64,000 bases of DNA, from NCBI GenBank assembly GCA_002269645.1, contig NIVC01001957.1, positions 62,001 to 126,000 on the forward strand, written 5' to 3'. A program made the position numbers and the translations under genes. Below, piece after piece: positions 45,792-57,456 of this stretch (within the stretch, counting starts at the first letter, position 1; every line of letters begins with the position of its first letter). The DNA comes from Macrostomum lignano. Taxonomy: Eukaryota. The notes under the pieces were generated by a model. The model did no database searches and had not been told where the DNA came from. It saw nothing but the letters and a program-made list of their open reading frames with translations.

Positions 45792-48700
45792 ATGGCCAAC
45801 CTTTATCTGTACTCTCGAGTTCTACCACAATGGCAGGCGACAAGACGCGCCAGCGCCTTTTGTTTTCGACGCTCCTTGTCATCAACTGCAGGCCTCGATA
45901 GCGACGATGTTGACGTAGCCATAGTCGGAGGTGGCCCTGTCGGTCTGGCCATCGCTTGCAGTCTCGCCTCTGGCAGTGATGGCAACGTCGGCGCGTCGTC
46001 ATCGTCTAGAAAACTTCGCGTCCGACTACTGGAAGCCGGCAAGCTGCCCTCATCGCAGCCAGCAGCAGCAGCAGCAGCAGACGGTTCATTCAGCAATCGT
46101 GCCGTAGCATTGAGCCCGAGCACTGTTGCTCACCTGCGCCGCCTTGGCGCCTGGAACGATGCCGACCCGCGAATCGCTCCGGTTCGTGGGATGCGCGTAG
46201 TTGAAAGCGACTCCGATGCCGCATTGACATTCGACGCCGCCCAGATCAGTGGTGACGTCAGTGGCGAAGGCGCGCTGGCCTATGTGACTGAGCTGGCTCC
46301 GGTTGTGTCTCGGCTGGTTGCACAGGCGGCTAAGGCTGGTTAGTTTTGGCTTCTGTATTTCAAGTGCCAGATACAGAATTCAGCTCATGGCTGCGGGCCT
46401 GATGTGAAAGAAACTGCGAGGGAATAGAATACGAGAAAGGGGAGAGATGAGATGAGAGGAGGGATAAGAGAGCAGATAAGAGGAGAGAAGAGAACGGGAG
46501 AGGGAAGAGAGGAGAGGAGAGACGAGAGAGGAGAGGAGAGAGGGCTGAAAAGTGAGGAGAGATGGAAAGAGAAAAGGAGAGAGGGGTGAGAGGAGAAGAG
46601 AGAGGGAAATAGAAGGGGTGAGAGGAGAAGAGAGAGGGAAAGAGAAGGGGTGAGAGGAGAGGGGAGAAAGAATAGAGTAGAGAAAAGAGAAGAGAGCTGA
46701 GAAGACACAGACCCTGAGCAGGCCGGATTGCTATTGTGAAGTTTCAAAGGATCAGAGGGCCGGGGGTTTGTCAACCCCAGACTTAGCCAGATACTTTGTA
46801 GACCTACATGTACCTTGTGAGTTTCTGCACGTATGTCATAAATTCGTTGGACTCCATCTGTGGACACTTCCAGTTACATGTATATTCCAAGTTCTATGCA
46901 TCTGCTTTTCTGCCTGTGATCTTGATCTGTATGAACTTTCATCGTCTGTTAGCTACCCATTTAGTTGACTCGTGAGAACACACGCTGGTACGTAAGCAGT
47001 TATTTACACACCTGCCCTTTGCGATTTAGTGGATCAAATAAGCCAAAGACATTAATCACATAAGGGCCAGCCTCCCATATCTTCAGTTGCTAGGCCAGCC
47101 TCCCATATCCTCACTTGCTGGGCCAGCCTCCCAGATCCTCAGTTGCTGGGCCAGCCTCCCAGATCCTCAGTTGCTGGGCCAGCCTCCCAGATCCTTAGTT
47201 GCTAGGCCAGCCTCCCAGATCCTCAGTTGCTGGGCCACCAGCCTCCCAGATCCTCAGTTGCTAGGCCACCAGCCTCCCAGATCCTCAGTTGCTGGGCCAG
47301 CCTCCCAGATCCTCAGTTGCTGGGCCACCAGCCTCCCAGATCCTCAGTTGCTGGGCCACCAGCCTCCCAGATCCTCAGTTGCTGGGCCACCAGCCTCCCA
47401 GATCCTCAGTTGCTGGGCCACCAGCCTCCCAGATCCTCAGTTGCTGGGCCACCAGCCTCCCAGATCCTCAGTTGCTGGGCCACCAGCCTCCCAGATCCTC
47501 AGTTGCTGGGCCACCAGCCTCCCAGATCCTCAGTTGCTGGGCCACCAGCCTCCCAGATCCTCAGTTGCTGGGCCACCAGCCTCCCAGATCCTCAGTTGCT
47601 GGGCCACCAGCCTCCCAGACCCTCAGTTGCTGGGCCAGCCTCCCAGATCCTCAGTTGCTGGGCCAGCCTTCCAGATCCTCAGTTGCTGGGCCAGCCTCCC
47701 AGATCCTCAGTTGCTGGGCCACCAGCCTCCCAGATCCTCAGTTGCTGGGCCAGCCTCCCAGATCCTCAGTTGCTGGGCCACCAGCCTCCCAGATCCTCAG
47801 TTGCTAGGCCAGCCTCCCAGATCCTCAGTTGCTGGGCCACCAGCCTCCCAGATCCTCAGTTGCTGGGCCACCAGCCTCCCAGATCCTCAGTTGCTGGGCC
47901 ACCAGCCTCCCAGATCCTCAGTTGCTGGGCCAGCCTCCCAGATCCTCAGTTGCTGGGCCACCAGCCTCCCAGATCCTCAGTTGCTAGGCCAGCCTCCCAG
48001 ATCCTCAGTTGCTGGGCCACAGCCTCCCAGATCCTCACGAGCTCATGTGACAATAGAATATCTGAACTACAAGTCAGGTGTAATAATATCGAACTATAAA
48101 AGTACATTCAAACTCAATTTTCCCAGGAGCCCAGCTTCGCGATGGCTGCCGCTTGGAATCCATAGACGGCAACAACAGTTTTGACAGGCAGCCGTTTCTG
48201 CACCTCCGTCTAACCAATAAAAGCTCACTACGAACTCGACTGCTCATCGGCTGCGATGGTTTCAGTTCGCCTGTTCGCAAATTAGCCGGAATAGAAGCGG
48301 TGGATGTGCCTTATCCTAGGCATAAGGCTATGGTTGCAACACTGGAGGTGCGTGTCTTTACTAAAGTCGTGTAGTTGGTATGCATTGTGTGACTGTTTCT
48401 GATCGACTTATGGCTCAAGAGTGTCGTAAATTTGGTAAAGGGGATGTGAACTAAGATTCATTATGGAGCTAAAAACTAAATCGTAATTGCACCCAACTCG
48501 AGCAGATCGATGGTCCTGACGGTCTCAACGGCGAAGCTTTTCAACGCTTCCTACCCGACGGCCCCATCGCCCTGCTGCCCCTGCCTGGCCGGTTCGCCTC
48601 TCTTGTCTGGTGCTCCAAATCTGATCGAATTTCGCATCTAATCAAGGCTAGCGATCGAGAGTTTCTAGCCGATTTAAATCGTTGCCTAGCAACCGGACCG

Positions 48701-49739
48701 GCACCAGCGGCACCGTTAGTTACTGCTGTACAAGCAGATAGCAGGGCGAGTTTTCCATTGGGTTTCATGCACGCTAACAGGTACGCATCGGGTCGGATTG
48801 TTCTGGCTGGCGACGCGGCGCACCGACTGTCGCCTCTGGCTGGCCAGGGCATGAATCTGGGCATGGAGGATGCGGCTTGCCTGAGTCGATTGCTTCTAGA
48901 AGCAGCTAGCAATGGTGCAGACCCGGCCGATCCGGCCTATCTGTTGGACTATGAGACTCAAAGACAGCGTCAGGTGAGCTTATATAACTGATCTATTCCT
49001 AGGGATTAACGAGTGGGAGTGTCTGTAAAATTTCACATGTAAAACATTTGAATTGAAGTAGGAAAAATAATTATTACCGTCAGCGATAGTTTACAAGGAT
49101 GGTGGTAGCCTAGTTGTTAGAGCGTCGGACTCTCGACTGAAAGGAATTTGAGTCCTTGAGCAAAGCACTTAGCTGGGGTAATTGAGGGTGGCGACCCCCC
49201 AGTCCTTGGACTGAACAGCCGTACGCAGCCTTCAAATGCGCCGCGCAATAGCTGCGACTGAGCTGTCGGTTGCACATCTAGGGCAGGTGTAATCAATTAT
49301 TAACATTATCAATTATTAATGTTAAATAAAAGATGAGATTAGAGAGAAGAGAGCTGAGCAGAGACAAATCATGAGCGTACCGGATTGCTATTGTGAAGTT
49401 TCAAAGGACCCCATGGCCAGATAGAGAGGCTTTGCGGGCCGCATGCTTACCGACCCTCTGATCTATCCAATACCAGCTTTAAAAGCAAACAGTTTGAATG
49501 TTTTCAAGATGTGTAGAAACATAATAATTGTCGACCTCGATCACACCTGTCTTCAGGTAGTTCCAGTTGCCATTGTCAACGAAAGCCTCGGCTGGTTGTA
49601 CTCGTTGCCGCCAGATTCTTGGCTCACCGCCCCCTTAAGGTGGGCTCGAACCACCGGCTTCCGACTCACTAATACGTTTAGCCCGGCGAAAGAATTCCTC
49701 AGACGTAGTGCTACTACTGGTCGGATTGATCTGCTCTAG
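45792..49739 (+). CDS. COQ6: Ubiquinone biosynthesis FAD monooxygenase COQ6, 4 exons, ~472 aa
   Basis: Exons 45792-46338, 48127-48347, 48506-48973 and 49557-49739. Arg/Ser-rich mitochondrial-type leader, DVAIVGGGPVG, LLIGCDG, AFQRFLPDGPIALLPL, LAGDAAHRLSPLAGQGMNLG. Confidence 0.93.
46405..46705. repeat. Purine-rich (GA) low-complexity tract in COQ6 intron 1
   Basis: Almost pure A/G run. Confidence 0.9.
47060..48030. repeat. 28/31-bp minisatellite GGGCCA(CCA)GCCTCCCAGATCCTCAGTTGCT (COQ6 intron 1)
   Basis: Directly visible. Confidence 0.95.
49099..49310 (+). mobile_element. tRNA-derived SINE copy with internal deletion (COQ6 intron 3)
   Basis: A-box-like TAGCCTAGTTGTT, B-box region deleted, shared 3' domain and AT-rich tail. 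Confidence 0.8.
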
Positions 49740-51454
49740 TAGTATCTACTGCTGGAGTAATCCAGATTGATCTTATTAATATACTTAAAGCCCTGCTATC
49801 TAAGTTAGTTATAGTTGGAACTATGCATGCACTATATGCTATTATTAAACTAATAAACCGTGCATTTTGTTCGCAATTAAATTTCAATCAGTAGCATTGC
49901 TTGATTTTCGTCCTTTATATAGTTTCTGTAATAATAGTTTTAAAAAATGCAAAACCTTCCAGCAAGATGTGTTGTTACTTACAGGGCCTCACAACTCCTG
50001 CAAGTAAGGATTCCTGTTAAGTTTAACTTACGAGGGGTGTTACAAGGATTTACGATATTTGTCTATGGCGTAAGTAGTTGTTTAGGTTTAGAAGACACCA
50101 ATAGTACAGGTGTACATTATAGTCGTTAAGTTAGCGTTATAGTTTTATTCGAATGCGCGCATGAAGCTTGTGTGAACAATCTACTAGTATAATAAATTCT
50201 ACGAGTAGTCCTAAATTTACATGTAGCTAAAGAGATATATCTGAATCAAACCGGTTGTAGTGCACAGGCACTCAACTTCGACCATCGATGCTTAAGGGGG
50301 GCGTAGCGGTGGTCTGATGTGCCAGCGACCCAGGCTCGATTTCAATTGGAATCTCGGCTTGGCTCTGCTCAGTGCAATTAACGCCATTGAGGGCAACCCC
50401 CAAGGCACAGTGAAGTGTACATGCCTAACGATAAATAAAGTCAGGGCCGCTGTGCACTCCTGTGTGATTTTGTGCCTGTGTGTATGACTGCGTACGCATC
50501 CGTACGAGTTAGGGGAAAGGGCACCAATGCCGGGTGCACACAGTCTTCTGACTCTAACAACCTAAAATCCACGATCCTTGTTGGCTTAATGACGACTAAA
50601 AGTGGGACGAATACCAATTTTTGATGTTTTGGTGACTTTTTCGGCTTGAAAATACTTAAAAGGAAGGGATAGCTTGAAAGTGCTTTTCTTGAGCCGGTTA
50701 TTTGTTCTTTTAAGTAATCGAAAAAATAAACTTTTCAATTTGGTTGGAAAAATTTTCAAACAATGTTAATTGACCATTAACCCGTATAATACGATCTGGC
50801 AAAACTACTTCTTACTGATATACGACGTATTTTAACGCATCATTTGCAGTTTATTTATATTGTTCTGGCATAGAAGCATGATTTTGAAACATCGCAGTAG
50901 CCCTGCTTTCATGCCTTTTTTTGCCAGTCCTTCGCAAAGTTGTTTCGCTTCTGCTAGTGGAGTTGACGGCTTTCCGGAAGCAAGGAACGGCCGCTGAGGT
51001 TTGAAGTATGTCGGGGCATATAGCAACAACTCTCAGCTTCTTCTTCCTCAAGTTGGGTGAATTGCTTAATTATCTCTCATGACACCACAATTCAGTTCAT
51101 TTGTTTATATCGTTGTTCCGAATCGTATTTTAATGAAGCCTGGTTTTATCCTAGTATTATTGTAAATGGCCACTGGGACTTTTTATAGATATTGCACTGG
51201 ATGTTATTTGAAACAAAAACGACATGTCACAACTGTATGTGGGGCAGATATTTTATCAGCTGCTTGAACAGCTACTGTATATTAACAGCTGCATGCGGGG
51301 CTAACTCTTTCGCTGTTTAATCAAAGATAAGTCACTAAACACGAAAAATTAAGGCAGCGAATGTCTGTGGGGGCTTACCAAAGTAGATACGAAAATACGT
51401 AAATAAGTTAATTTTAACAAATTTTGATTTTAAGTATCTTTTTTTTAATTCTAA

Positions 51455-51851
51455 ATCTCACACGTGATGTTTGACATTAAGCATGTGGTGCCTGAAAAGA
51501 CACCTGTAGGTCCATGTTTGCACTAACACTTATAGCTAGCAGTGTTATAATCTTGCCATCACAAATTGAAGACCCAACCAAACCAGGTGACGAACATGGT
51601 TTGAAGTGCTCTACTTGGACGGAAACCCGATTGCACTGTAGATAGCAGCAGTTGGGCAGTTTTATTTAACAGTTGCAAACTGATAACCTTAATAAACAGT
51701 TGTTAAAATACAACTTGCAACTTGGCTTGGCCACTTTATAATGGTACCTGCCCGTCTGCACTTGATTATGTATATTTAAATACTGATCATAAAACAGTGA
51801 AAGTCCACCGAAAGTGAAAACACTTGACAGGCGTAAAGCCGAAACGTCACC
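51455..51851 (+). mobile_element. Possible highly eroded Penelope-like element end
   Basis: Remnant translations KRHL* and FEVLYLDGNPIAL*IAA..(fs)..FI*QLQTDNLNKQ resemble the GIY-YIG C-terminus at 60.7 kb. They are followed by a hammerhead-like half GGCGTAAAGCC-GAAACGTC. Confidence 0.4.
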
Positions 51852-52910
51852 TATGCAGTATTATCAACGAGTTGCCGCCACTGGAACTCTGTTAAAGTGT
51901 TTTAAGTGTCTCACAACCTTGCTATACTAGATTCTATCTCGGCCGTTACAGCAATCCGACATACCGGTATTATATAAATCGGCGTTTCTGAGAACAGGTG
52001 GACTTCTGTTCACCTGTTCTAAAATCATGATTAGCAAACCACTTAAATTGGTCAATATCTAATTAGCAGCTACCAGATAAGTTGCGGGGGTTCAGGGATG
52101 CTCTTTTTCCTGCTGCCACGCGACCCTGTGTTTATAATTTATGTTGACAAAACAGAGCACATATTCTACAACAGTTCCCTGTACCGGGCCTTGCTAGTGA
52201 GTTAGAAGCAGTCCGTCAGTGCTAAATAAACAAAAGTTCATTTGGCATTATCATACTAGTTATTTAATTCCATTAATTAATTTATTTATAATCAACGGAG
52301 TGAAAATAAATTATAGCATCAAAACAAAATAGTAGCATAAACATTTTTGACAGGTTTGTTACTGTCAAACTTCCGAACAATTAATAAAGACAATTATCAG
52401 CTAAAAGGAAGGTGTGCATAGAATGTTATAAAAAAATAGTGGGCAGTTACAATTTTACTTTCAGTGATACCGATAAGTAAGTTTTTCTCTTAATGAACTT
52501 TCGTCCGTAACATTTGAACTCGACGGATTTAACATTATCGTTTAAATCAAAGCACTACTGTTGATCGAATTGAAAAAAAAAAACGGAACTTGAAACATTT
52601 TCGTCTGATACCTTCGAACTAAAATAAATTATACTGGTATATGATAGTATAACCTGGACTCTTGTTCTGTGTAATGACAAACCTTGAACTGTTTTTACAA
52701 AAAAGTAAATAAATTTAAGTAATGCTTAGTAAGAATTATGCATTGCTAAATTTCTGCAGGTATAATATCCAGATCTATAGTGCTAAGGCTCAAGGAATCG
52801 ATTAAGTTTTACGCCTAGAACATCAAAATATTGAGGGGTCCATGAGAATTGCCCACATCATTCACTGTCTCGCTTGCTAGAACGAGATGTACTCTATCGT
52901 TCTAAGTATT

Positions 52911-54212
52911 TCACAAATACTTATGGAGCTTCCAAAATGTCTGATACGTCGCACAATAGCCAGAAGCGCTCAATGTCTGTTTATTAAGAGCGGACAGCTT
53001 TTTATAGCAAACCGAATTTAAAATTAAGTCCTGAAGTTCCTCCAGCAGTTCCATGAAACCATTGCGGAAGGTTGGACTGGCAATTGCAGACAGGATAGGC
53101 ACGCTGTCGAATATAAACGTTTGAATTAAGGAGCTACCGATGAAACTTGAAAATCTACCACTGCCTTTGGTTGGGCCATTCAGAATAGATATGAGAATGT
53201 AAAGCATAGTCAACCAGATTAGCATTGGAATCAGCAGCTGATAACAAACAATAAGCTGCCTCAGTTCAGTGAAAAGCGAACAGTTCTAATTGCTAGAGGG
53301 CAGCGATTCGATTACCACTTCATCGCTGGCCGCAGAAGTCACGATTCCAGCTTCATCATTTTCAGGCTCGTCCAAATGTCGCCTGTAGGCTACCGACTCG
53401 CCCACCGTCTGCTCAGCAGGCGCGCCTCGGCAGCAGGCGCAGCACTGCTTGCAGCCGAACACAATGAGTAGAATAAACGCCAGTAAAAACTGGACGAAAT
53501 AAAAATAAAAGTTGATGATATAGTATCGTCGGATACCGCTATTGAAATAATCAAATCGCATATAAGGATCGGACAACACATAGGCAGCGTCGTTGTTAAC
53601 ACAGTAAAGGAAGCCATGTAGCATCAAGTCCAAGCATGTTATGCCCAGGGCAATCAATGCCGCTGAGCCGTACACAATGCAAGTCCGACGAACATTGGTG
53701 AAGAGTAGAACTCTCTGAGCAGGATGCGAATACTCAACTTGGACTATAGCGGTCAGGAAGTAGAAGCTTACGAAAGCAACCAGGCTGGCTTTGTGCATCC
53801 AGTTGCAGAAATTGATGAATAGGATGAAGAGCGCTGCGTGCGGAACCGATGTTACCCACATGGAGCTTTGAACAGGCCACCACTGCGAAACTGCTTCCGC
53901 GATCGAAAAGACAAAGCCCAGTACACAGAAGAGTCTCAGCAGCAGCAGTTTAATGCGGATCTCCGGACTGCTCTGGGTTGAGGCTTTTCGGCGACACCAG
54001 ACAGCCAGTGCGGTAAAATTGGCCAGAGCAAACAGGCAGTTGATGATCATCATTGCTTGATAGATGTTGGTCCATTCGCTATTATAAATTAGCTCGTAGC
54101 CTTGAGTGGCTTCGCAGTTGTCGCTTCGCCTCGTCACGCACATCAGCGGCTTCAAGGTGTCATTTTCACTGCCGATGAGCCAAGACCACTTGGACAGTCG
54201 CGCCTGACTCAC
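52911..54212 (-). pseudogene. Orphan 7TM (rhodopsin-like/chemoreceptor-type) gene, one in-frame TAG
   Basis: ORFs 54212-53286 and 53225-52911 share a frame, separated by one TAG at 53286-53288. About 7 hydrophobic segments, an acidic loop, and C-terminal ASPTFR. Paralogous to 57457-58805. Confidence 0.65.
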
Positions 54213-57200
54213 CGAACATCTCCAGTGCGACCGGTGTTACACTTTAGACTATCCGGGGTTTTTTGTCTGGCCCGGATATCCGAACGCACTTACGATGTCC
54301 GCCCGGATACTGCCAAGCAAAAAACCTGCTTTGTTTTCTCCTTCCCGGATATCTCGAGCTGCTTTGCATTGTCCGGGCACTTTGAGATGTCTCTCCCGGA
54401 CATCCTACGGCACTGACTCTGCTATCCGGCCCGGAGATCACAAGAAGGGAAGTTGTCTCAGGACATCCGACTGTAGGTTGAAAGAGAGGGGTCAGCCTGC
54501 GGAGACAGAGGTTTGCTTTAGGACATCCGGCTACTGATATCCGGGGCTAGAGAAATAGCAAAATTTCGAAATCAATTTCCGCAAAGTAGAAAAAACTTTC
54601 TGCTTTTTTGGATTTCCTTTCTTGGAACTTCGACAAGAAATAAACTCTATATATCTTAAAAGTTACGTTAATATACTCGTAATTTGCGCAACACTTTCCT
54701 TTGTCGGCTATTAGTTCGGACACTGATCTTCATTGCACGTACGCTTGTAGTGCTAGCAATGTGACGCCAGTCCATTATCGATTTATTCTTAAACTGCACC
54801 TCATTTGCCCCTCCACTGTCTAAGGTGCAGTCAGGGCCCTTCCTGGCCTCTGAGTCAGCCCCGTTCTCTCGAAATGATGTCCTGCCCCATTCACATGCGC
54901 TTTCTCAGGTAAATAACTTGACCACCTTGTCACCCAAATATTAATTTATTCACCCCGGACAATTTAAGACCCTGGATATTTCAAAGCCCGATTTTGTTGT
55001 GCCTTGGATTATCCAGGGTAGGTTATCGCAAAGCGACAATAATTTTGCTTTGCGATGTCCCTTGGATAAATTAAGACCCCGGAGAACAGAAAGCCTAACA
55101 CCGGGGCTGAAAATAGATTTTGTGATGCTCTTTGCTCCACAGAGACAAGTTTCTGGCGTACTGCTCGGCAGAATACTCTTCAGACAGGTAGCCCTCATCC
55201 AGCATGTCAGTCACTTTGTCAATGTCGCGCACATAGTTACTTGTCGATGGACGCCTGAACATTGCTTGGCCACACAACTGGAATTTTTTCTGCGCTTCTT
55301 CAAGCAGAATTCGCGCTACTATTTTTCTTTAACTATTTTTCAATGCGCTCTGTCGTTGGGACTCACATAGGCGAGTTAATTTTAAGCGAATATTACATTT
55401 TTATGTCTTAGCAGCTTGTCCAGAGGATTGATGGTCTGTTGCAAGGGGACGAAAGTTTACTGTCTATGCTGACTATTGTCTCTGTTCACTTATTTTCTTT
55501 CAGCCAATTATAATACCCTAGCAATTGCTGGTTCTGTTCGGGCATATAGATTGACATTTTGATTACTATGAACCATAAGAAACGCTTGTATACTATTTAC
55601 AGTAGTATATGGACACAGTTGGTTATTACTAAACTAAAACTATCCTTTGGTATATAATTTAATGACATTTTACCCTTAATTAAGGAACAAGTAGAATTTA
55701 CTTTAAGTTTTTCATTATACAGTGCGAGATTTTCGTCTATAGTGTGTGTTGGATTATGCTCTTCCAGTATCGACATTGCTTTTTTGCTCTCGTACTAACA
55801 ATGATTATTTCTAGCATATTAGTAAGGCCCTACAACCCTGAGTAACTGAGTTGTGCATGGAAGTTTGGCCTAAGGTCGTCAATGCGCTAGCCAATGAAAA
55901 TCGTTATCAACGCAATGGGGACTATACTGCATGATCATTTTTATATTGCTCCCTACCCTAGCGTAAAAATGCAAAATGGCCGGGGTGGGGTTATATACAT
56001 TTACTCTCTCGGCAATGCCTTAATTCGACACCAAGTTCTCATTTATTCCCAAGGGCACCACAGGGGAGGAACCTCTGGGATGTACATTTATTGGTATTTC
56101 TGGTAGTCGACTGCATGGTCCGGCAAGTTATCAGAATTGTTTACGGGTCATAAATCACCAGTTTTCGATGTATTAGGCGTCCATTTGACATGCGTGGTCG
56201 CGGGTCTACAGGCGCCATTTTTCAGGCCTATGTTTCGGATTTTTATGTTGATTTTCTACTTGTAATCGCTAAAAATCATGAATAATTTTGCATCAAAATG
56301 AGGTAATTAATGGCGACACTTGTCACTTTTTGAAGGGTTTTCTGGGTTGGAAAGATCTCTCAGCTTTCCGGGTTTGGGTAGCAACAGGATCAGCCAATCA
56401 GAATCGACGTGTTCCCGCTATAAAAAAATCAATTTTTGCTGCCCGGAACTCAACCTCCTGGTCGGCCGTACTCAGCTGGATCTTCTATGTGAAAACTGTC
56501 CTAGAGGCTTCGTGTGTTTCTCCCCCGGATTGTGACATCTTCTCCGCATGAAAGACACCAAGTTAGAAGACGCCATATTCGGCGTCAGCTGCTAGAACTT
56601 CATCACGTGTTGTTTGTCCTTTAACTACAGCGAGTCTGGTGCTCATGGACTCGAGATTCCTTGGCAGTGCTAGTATCTGATTGGTGGGGTGAGAGGTTGA
56701 TAGTAGTACTCCTTATCTGACCCATTTTACCCGTTTTATTTGGTATTGCACTTTGCTTGCTTTTTATGTGGTCAGCTTTTTGATGCAGAAATTCGATAAT
56801 ATAATAGTGCATCTGCATACCATACACATGTACTCGTAGTCTCTTGCCTTGCAAGAACCCATTTTCCTCTCTGTCCTTGCATGGTCAGTGCGATCCCGTC
56901 CTAGCAGCAAACCTTAAATGATAAATCGTCTAAGAATTCGAGATTGACAGCTAAAAGACTGATTGGCAGGTCAGTTCAGATCGAGCCTTTCTATTGGAAA
57001 CCCAATACTAGTAGTTAGAAACCCGATTTTGAGGGAGCGTGGTTTGGTAAGCCAGATCGACGGGGTTTGTGGCGGCGGATTAGCTGGGATTAGTAACTGC
57101 TTTGCGATATCAAAGTTAACAGCATGATTCAAAAGATACTCTGTTAAAGTTGCAATCAACACTACATGTATTTTTTTGGTAGTAAGAATGCGCTTTAAGC

Positions 57201-57456
57201 TGGCATTAGTTTGATTGGTTGGTTTAATCGAAGCCATGGTTTTATTCTCTATCTACTTTCTGTTCTGTTTAGCAAAGCCAAAATTTTGTACAATCTAACT
57301 GAAAAAAATTTCCTTATTATAGCGCCGCTTTTAAAATTTTGGCCAGGCGTTCTAACCGCATTCAGTCACACCAAGTGTATAAGCCTTTTAAAAAAGCTGT
57401 CTCTTCATTTCGCCGAAGCATATTAATTCGATTCAGAAATTCAACGACACTCAAAA

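Noticed and set aside
632-47807. Tandem arrays as CRISPR arrays
   Set aside because: Units are head-to-tail with no unique spacers, there are no cas genes, and the context is eukaryotic.
591-48184. Long repetitive ORFs (591-1151, 7632-8162, 11796-12387, 21062-21701, 35151-35963, 36362-37915, 38198-39359, 39829-40342, 47087-48184) as repeat proteins
   Set aside because: They are translations of minisatellites, open in several frames and on both strands, and mostly lie in introns of well-supported genes.
50028-50045. TACGAGGGGTGTT resembling the mariner TIR start
   Set aside because: The match is only ~12 bp and there is no partner end.
50295-50350. tRNA gene or second SINE head
   Set aside because: Weak A/B-box resemblance only; no cloverleaf and no second copy in the window.
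2038-53288. Stop-codon reassignment (lone in-frame TAG in gag, cGLR and the 7TM gene)
   Set aside because: COQ6, the LINE ORF and the second 7TM gene end in TAG, and other genes use TAA or TGA. The internal TAGs could each arise by a single transition from TGG or CAG.
55850-57240. Short ORFs (55894, 56288, 56320, 56621, 56971) as genes
   Set aside because: No recognisable motifs or splice-consistent model; probably decayed repeats.
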